DNA of 34,162 bases from Chrysochromulina tobinii (taxonomy: Eukaryota), in the NCBI GenBank assembly GCA_001275005.1, contig JWZX01003084.1, positions 1 through 34,162 of the forward strand, given 5' to 3'. Within the stretch, counting starts at the first letter, position 1. The number at the start of each line of letters is the position of its first letter. The position numbers and the translations under genes were made by a program. Below are positions 28,349 through 34,162 of the stretch, piece after piece. A model generated the notes under the pieces. The model was given only the letters and a program-made list of their open reading frames with translations. It was not told where the DNA came from and searched no databases.

Positions 28349-28695
28349 TGTGGACGCTTTGAAGGGAGCGCTCGTCTTTGGTCATTTTCGTGGAATTTCG
28401 ATCACACGAGATCACGGATGATCGGTCCACCGTAAGTAACTCACTCAACAACTCCCAGGTTAGGCTTCCTGATCTGTTACCGTACCGTCCTCGGCAGCAC
28501 CTCTTGCTTTGTAGCAATTTTCCACTTGCAGCTTGTCAACAAAGCGGGCGAATACTGCTTTGCCTTTGGCAACCAGACCTTTCTTATCGACGGCGCTAAG
28601 CACTTGGTCATCGATGCCGCTGGTGCATGGCACGTGTGTCGTAACACAAACGACCACAAAACGAGTATCATAGGAGCGCTCCATCAGTCGGTCGG

Positions 28696-28962
28696 TCAGC
28701 TGCTCGTTTGTTGTTTGGCCTCGTACTGCTTGGGCGTCCATGTCTTCATGCTAAAGGCGTGGATGGCCTTCATCGGTTCGGCTATCACGTCATTCACCGC
28801 ACGCTGGCGGTCGAGCAACCCCATGCCGTCGAAGGCTGCGCTTACGACAATGGCCTCAAACTTAGAGCCGCAACCGTCGCTCGTATCGACGACCTCGACG
28901 TGCTCTGGCACGAGCGAGCTGCCGGTGAGCAGCTCCGTCAGCTCCGCGGCGGTCACCGGCAT
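28696..28962 (-). CDS. BOLA2: BolA-family protein, BolA2/Fra2-like (cytosolic Fe-S trafficking)
   Basis: HVEVVDTSDGCGSKFEAIVVSAAFDG..LLDRQRAVN...IHAFSMKTWTP.Q. Confidence 0.9.
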   Translation of the reverse strand: MPVTAAELTELLTGSSLVPEHVEVVDTSDGCGSKFEAIVVSAAFDGMGLLDRQRAVNDVIAEPMKAIHAFSMKTWTPKQYEAKQQTSS

Positions 28963-29227
28963 GAACGTCAGCCGTCGTCGGTCAAGCTCCGGTTGGAGGC
29001 TGCCTTGGAGGCCTGGAGCCGAGGAGCGTGAAAGTCATGCGATCTGTGAACGGGCTGCAAAAAAGAGAATTGGTCTACTCAGGACGAACGACAAGGTCAG
29101 GCTGACCCCGGGTCGACCTCCAACGCGTGAATGTGCCGTGAGGTGTGTCCATGAATGAAGTGCGGCCGAGAGTTGGCATTCCTTCGACGTTCAACTCTTC
29201 AACCCCAGTCCCCTGCTGATCGCAACG

Positions 29228-31411
29228 ATGGACGGCTTGGGCCTCGGCCTCACGGGGAGCGCGAAGCCCTTATTAGTACGTCCTGTACAGCTGGAGCCAC
29301 CGAAGCTCCCGACCCTTCCGACGAAGCAGGGCCGGCCTTCGCTGACGAGCCATTCGCTCAACATGGACGTGCGAGGTGTGGCAGCCACGCGGCCACTGCT
29401 CATATTCAGCGCCACAGGGACGTCACATCATGGAGCCGGCCGCCCCGTGTATGGCGATGACGCCACCGGCAGCTCCTCTTCGTCATCAGCGTCGGGACAG
29501 ATCAGTCCTCCTGGAGCTCCTCTGGCTCTTGGCCGCAGCCTCGCAGGCAAGTTGGTGGCGCGCGCACCTCCCGAGGCGCTGCGCCGGCCCGCGGGGCCTG
29601 GCAGCGCCGGCTCAAGCGCCGGTGCAAGCAGCAGCAGCAGCAGCGCCGCCGTGGCAGCGGAGGGCCTTCTGACAGGCGGGCCTGCAGCGCACCTGCGCAC
29701 CAGCAGCAGCGGCGGAGCCGGAGCTGGCGGCGTGATGGACGCGGATGCGATCGAGCAGCTGCGGCTGCGCGCGGTGCGTCGACTGCGTGAGCAGCGCGAG
29801 CAGCGCGAGCAACAGCAGGCCGAGGAGCGACAGCGCTTGACCGAGGCCAAGACGCGCGCCAACAAAATGGAGCAGAAGTCGCGCGACCTCAAGGAGGCGG
29901 CCGAGCAGAGGCGAGCGGAGGTTTACGCGATCAACACGCTCATGGCGGCGCGCGACGATGGGGCGTTCCGCGTCTTCGTGGCCGCGCGCCGCAGCGAAAT
30001 TGACGCCATCGAGGCGCGTCACGATCGCGAGATGGCCGAGTTCGAAGAGTCGAAGGGGCGGGAAGCACAGGCGAAAGAGGCTGCGATCCAAAAGAGGCTG
30101 CGGGCGGCGTCGGACGAGGTGGCGCGCGCGAGGCTTCAAGCGGAGGCGGAGGCCGCGGAGAGCGTCAAGGGGAGGGAGTCGCGTAAGGAGGAGATCCGCA
30201 CGAAGGAGGAGGAGCGCGAAGTGTGGCGCTCGCAGGTCTACGCGATCAACAAGCTCATGGCCGCTCGGGACGCGAGCGCGTATGGGGAGTTCAAGCGATC
30301 GCGCGGCGCGGAGTACGACGAGGCGCCCGAGACGGCGCAGCCCTCCTCGCCACCCCCGCGCCCGCGTCCGAGCAGCCCGCGGCACGGGCGCGATCTCATG
30401 TATCCGGACCCGATCTCTGAGGAGGACAAGCTCAAGCCATACCGCACGGCAAGCAGCCTCATCAGTAAGTCCGCGTGCGCGGGATGGCCCTCCGTAGCGA
30501 GAAAGAGCAAAGACGTGAGCGCCCGCAGCGGTGCCGACGGGGGGTCCGCCGCTGGCAGCAGGAAGAGCGGCCCGCCGGGCGAGCGCTGCGGTGGGCGCTC
30601 ATCCTCGAGCGGCACGACCGACGCCGACTTGCAGATTGCCGACGCGAAGATGGCTCTGCTGTTGAATCACGGACTCAACCGCACGTGGGGTGGGCCAGGG
30701 GAAAGAGACCTTGGCGCGGACAGCGGCGACGAGCGCGATGCGGCGATCGTGGCGCGTCTGGCGCGCCCGCGGGAGGGGCAACGGGATTATGACCTCGACG
30801 ACGCCAAGGCGCGCAAGGCGGCCACGGTGTGGCAGCAGCAGCAGCAGCAAGAAAAGGAGCGGCACGCGCGGCGCGAGCATAAGCGCGAGGAGACGTTCCA
30901 CGCGCGCGAGGAGCGCGAGATCTTCCGCGCGCAGGTCTATGCGATGAATCGGCTCTTCCGAGCAAAGGAGGAGGCGTCCTTCGAGCAGTTCCGGCTCCAG
31001 CGTGAGGCAGAAGGGTTGGACTCGATGAGTGCTCCATCGAACATGGCACGCGAGTTGGCCGACGCGGAGGCAGCCGAGGCGGCGTCTGTCGGGCCCATGC
31101 TGAGCGGCCCCAAGGCCACCGCCGCCTCGCGTCGCCTCGATCGCCTCCTCGCTGAGACGCTCGAACCGCCCAAGGGCGCGAATTCGACTGTGGATCCTCT
31201 CGTTCAGACCTTGCTCAATGGAAATGCCGCGCCGCCCTCGCGGTCGTTGCCCCTCCCGCCGCCACCGATGGTGGCGGCCGCAGGCCCGCTGGCCTCTCCA
31301 CGAGCGAGCCGCATTGGCAAGTTTGATCCGGCACAAAGGCTGCTGCAGAACTCGCCGTACGCCAAATCACTCAACGCTCAAGTTGCCGATGCCGCCGCGG
31401 CCGCCTTCTGA
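29228..31411 (+). CDS. Helical/disordered protein with three SVBP (small vasohibin-binding protein)-like motifs
   Basis: 727-aa ORF with repeats RAEVYAINTLMAARDDGAFRVF, RSQVYAINKLMAARDASAYGEF and RAQVYAMNRLFRAKEEASFEQF. Confidence 0.75.
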   Translation: MDGLGLGLTGSAKPLLVRPVQLEPPKLPTLPTKQGRPSLTSHSLNMDVRGVAATRPLLIFSATGTSHHGAGRPVYGDDATGSSSSSSASGQISPPGAPLALGRSLAGKLVARAPPEALRRPAGPGSAGSSAGASSSSSSAAVAAEGLLTGGPAAHLRTSSSGGAGAGGVMDADAIEQLRLRAVRRLREQREQREQQQAEERQRLTEAKTRANKMEQKSRDLKEAAEQRRAEVYAINTLMAARDDGAFRVFVAARRSEIDAIEARHDREMAEFEESKGREAQAKEAAIQKRLRAASDEVARARLQAEAEAAESVKGRESRKEEIRTKEEEREVWRSQVYAINKLMAARDASAYGEFKRSRGAEYDEAPETAQPSSPPPRPRPSSPRHGRDLMYPDPISEEDKLKPYRTASSLISKSACAGWPSVARKSKDVSARSGADGGSAAGSRKSGPPGERCGGRSSSSGTTDADLQIADAKMALLLNHGLNRTWGGPGERDLGADSGDERDAAIVARLARPREGQRDYDLDDAKARKAATVWQQQQQQEKERHARREHKREETFHAREEREIFRAQVYAMNRLFRAKEEASFEQFRLQREAEGLDSMSAPSNMARELADAEAAEAASVGPMLSGPKATAASRRLDRLLAETLEPPKGANSTVDPLVQTLLNGNAAPPSRSLPLPPPPMVAAAGPLASPRASRIGKFDPAQRLLQNSPYAKSLNAQVADAAAAAF

Positions 31412-31784
31412 CGTTGTACATTCACATCTGAGCCCGAACCGGAACTCTCCTGGTCACTGCGGCCGTGCGTTCACGGCCACGCAATCTCGCCCGTGCACCG
31501 CAGCGCGCCTGTGCTCACATGTGGTGTGGATGCTGTATCAGGTTCGATCGCTGCGGCTTTCGAACTTGGCGGATCTGGATGTCTTGCCAAAGTATTCGAG
31601 CTATTGCCCTATGCGGCTATGGCCGGACCGTCACGATTCAGCGTCGTGTCAGTTCTCAGTTTTCTGTTTTGTGTTCGATAAAGATGTTACATCCGCATGC
31701 AAAATCTGTTCATATGGAATATGATTACTTCCTTTGACTTTGTGCACTTCGTTCATCTTCATCACTCAGTTGTTGATCTATCAC

Positions 31785-33470
31785 ATGCCGTCGACGAGGC
31801 TGAACGCCACCGTTGAACAGCCTCGTTGGCCGGGGCGGCCATTCCACGTGGCATGTCCGACCGGAACGCTGGCTGAGCACTGCGCTCTTTTGTCCAGAAC
31901 GTCCAAGATGGCAGTCGTGCGCGAGCGGAAGGGGCCTGGCTGCTCAGAGCCAGAGGATGACACAGCCGAAGTGCTGTCCTCGCTGCTGGAGGGCTGCGAC
32001 ACTCGCAACTGCCTCTACGTGGACGTGGGCTGTAACATCGGCTACTTTGCAATGCACGCGGCCGCGCTCGGTGCGCACGTCGACTGCGCTGAGCCTACGC
32101 CATTCTACGTCGATGCGATAAACACATCAATCGCATTGAACCATTTCCCTGAAGGGCAGGTGAAGCTGCGGCAGGTCGCCATCACTGCAGCACCCGCAAA
32201 ACCCGCGGTTCCTAGGGATGGAATCCCTTACAGCTGGCGAATGGTGATGCAAGCGAGCTCAGCTTCAGATCCGAGCGAGCTCACCTTCTCCAGCGCGTAT
32301 GCACCTTGCGACATCGGCCTGGCCGAGCAGCGGCGCCTCCGGAACTGGAAAGTGCCGACGATGCCGTTGGAGCAGCTCCTGCGCGGCCGTCGCGTGGACC
32401 TGCTCAAGATCGACGTGGACTCGATCGAAGGGGCGCTGCTGCACACGGTGGTGGGTATGGTTCGACGTGATGAGACACGCGTGCAATCAATCCTAATCGA
32501 GCTCGGCGATGACGCGCTCGGCTTCGCACACTGCGAGAACGGCACGTCGGTAGCCAGCAGCGCTCTGACGGCCTACTACTGCAAGAGGTACGCGAGCAGC
32601 CGACCCTCCGCCCACGGGCCGCGGTTTGGGGACGCCGATGACCTGTGGCAGATGCAGCACGAGCTCAATTACAGGTGAGCAATACCCTTCTGCATTTCAC
32701 AGTTCTTGTCATAAGCACTTCTATTCACACCATTCGCCTGAGTGCCATAGGTGTGACACCACTGACACCTTTCGGATGGCCTCTCCATGCATGGTTCCAT
32801 GCATGGCACCTGAGATGGCACTGTGAACCTCTATAAGCCTGACCCAAACCCTCAGCCTCAGCCTCAGCCTCACCCTCACCCTCGCCCTCACCCTAACTCT
32901 CACCCTAACCCTCTCCCCCCCCCAACTGCAGCATCTTTCGCATCAACGTGCATACGAACCGCGAGTTGCTCGACTGGCGAGGTCGCGATCGCAACCCTGT
33001 GCCGTCTCCGCTGCAGCGGGGCTGGCTGCCAGTGCGGGGTCTGCGGGCGATGCGCCAAGTGGAGTACCTTCTGCCCGGCACGGCGCGCAACGAGTACCCC
33101 GCCTTGCTACGCAAGTATCAATCGGTCCTCATCACGCGTGAGCCGCTCCTCGAGCTCGTAACCCATCACCCACTCGACCTAGGTGAGCGGTTGTGGGCTT
33201 GTGGCTCACGTGCTCCCCTAACCCTAACCTTACCTCTACACAGCATCATCCTAACCCTGCCCCAAAACCCCGTACTTAGGCCTCGCCGGACTCTACGGAG
33301 CCGGACTCATCGAGAATCAACGTGGCGCACGCGGGGGATCGTGGACGGCGCTCGCTGCGCTCAATGAGGGCAACCCGGCCGTGTATGGAGCGGCCGGCGG
33401 TGTGCAGACGTGGGCCGATCCAAAGAGCGGATCGCGAGCGTACGTGGGCTCTCCCGAGTCTGTGCTGTGA
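31785..33470 (+). CDS. FkbM-family SAM-dependent methyltransferase; exons ~31785-32674, 32932-33182 and 33280-33470
   Basis: YVDVGCNIGYF, AEPTP and VDLLKIDVDSIE motifs. Two GT-AG introns join the ORFs in phase (NYS-IFRINVH; DLG-LAG). Start uncertain. Confidence 0.8.
32675..32931 (+). other. Intron (257 bp) with a CCTCAG/CCTCAC/CCTAAC hexamer array
   Basis: CAG|gtgagc...ctgcag|C; hexamer array at ~32851-32912. Confidence 0.85.
33183..33279 (+). other. Intron (97 bp) with CCCTAA repeats
   Basis: TAG|gtgagc...acttag|GC; contains ccctaaccctaacc and cctaaccct. Confidence 0.75.
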
Positions 33471-33554
33471 TCGATGCAATCAGTTGCGAGTACTACTTGG
33501 AAGCTGACGCGTCCTGGGTCATCCCATACAATCCCATGCCGTTCCATGCATCCC

Positions 33555-33644
33555 TCCCACGCGCGTGTCCCCGAGCGGCACATGCGCCGTGGTGTGACGT
33601 CCCACGCGTATGTATCCGAGCGGCACATGCACCGCTGTGTGAAT
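33555..33644. repeat. Degenerate 45-bp tandem duplication downstream of the methyltransferase
   Basis: tcccacgcg..tgt..ccgagcggcacatgc.ccg..gtgtga occurs twice (33555 and 33600). Confidence 0.85.
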
Positions 33645-34162
33645 GGCGTGTGACTGTAGTGAGCCCATCCCTTATTGGATAGGACCAACAGCCAGGGTTC
33701 CAGGGAGGAGGCTTTAAATGGGACCGGCGACCGGGAGTCAGGGGGGGGCGCTGCGCACAGGCGGCAGCTAATATACAGTCACAGTTCAAGGAATTTTATT
33801 GTGGGGTGGTCTGCGGCTGCGTCGCAGCCGGCTTCAAAGGAAAAGAGTACTAATAAACTGCACTTGAAAACATGAAACTCCCCGTGACTGACAGAAAGAG
33901 CGGGGTCCACGCATGCAAAGCCAAGGCAGGCGGAATGCATGCAATTTTCAGGGCAGACTAGTGAATCATTCGTGACAGCAGCGGCGGTGTGAAACTCAGT
34001 ACAATTGTACCTTGCACAGTTGTTCATGTGGGCTCGCCGCCTCCGCGCCTCGGGCGATGCCGCGGCGAAAGAATGTGACGCAGCCACCTCGACCGCGCCG
34101 CGAGTGGCATTTTGCATCTCTGGCCTGGCGCGCTCCTTTGCGACGCCATTCATGCTCGATCA

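Noticed and set aside
33779..34162. Minus-strand ORF at the right edge
   Set aside because: The listed frame has a stop just upstream and no homology cues. Another frame (IEHEWRRK...VQLY*) could be the 3' end of an outside gene, but this cannot be supported from the window.
1..34162. Selenoprotein read-through or SECIS elements
   Set aside because: No gene needed an in-frame TGA once introns were accounted for, and I saw no convincing SECIS core, although a manual search is insensitive.

Overview
GC-rich eukaryotic nuclear DNA with dense, mostly intron-free genes. A flagellated haptophyte-like alga is inferred from CFAP299, HPAT, a bipartite plastid-type presequence and repeat-filled short GT-AG introns; the taxon is not proven. 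About 16 genes are supported, in order: 3' end of a PKS/NRPS-type thioesterase, spliced FUT8/GT23-like fucosyltransferase, membrane-anchored PHB-depolymerase/LpqC-like esterase, GT25-like glycosyltransferase, 2229-aa coiled-coil protein, putative plastid membrane protein, tandem-SAM membrane protein, CFAP299, GPR107/TMEM87-like multi-TM protein, HPAT, LRR protein, CaMK-type kinase fused to EF-hands and two cNMP-binding domains, spliced triple-PDZ protein, BolA2, a 727-aa protein with three SVBP-like motifs, and a spliced FkbM-type methyltransferase. The main leads are: (1) the triple SVBP-like protein, a possible multivalent vasohibin/tubulin-detyrosinase scaffold; (2) an unassigned, G-U-rich structured intergenic element at ~7293-7557; (3) introns built from tandem branch-point-like repeats with junction duplications; (4) a putative Ca2+/cNMP dual-input organelle-targeted kinase; (5) a recurrent TACATGT(A) motif upstream of genes. 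All family calls come from recognising motifs by eye, and all structures were folded by hand; no searches or computations were run.
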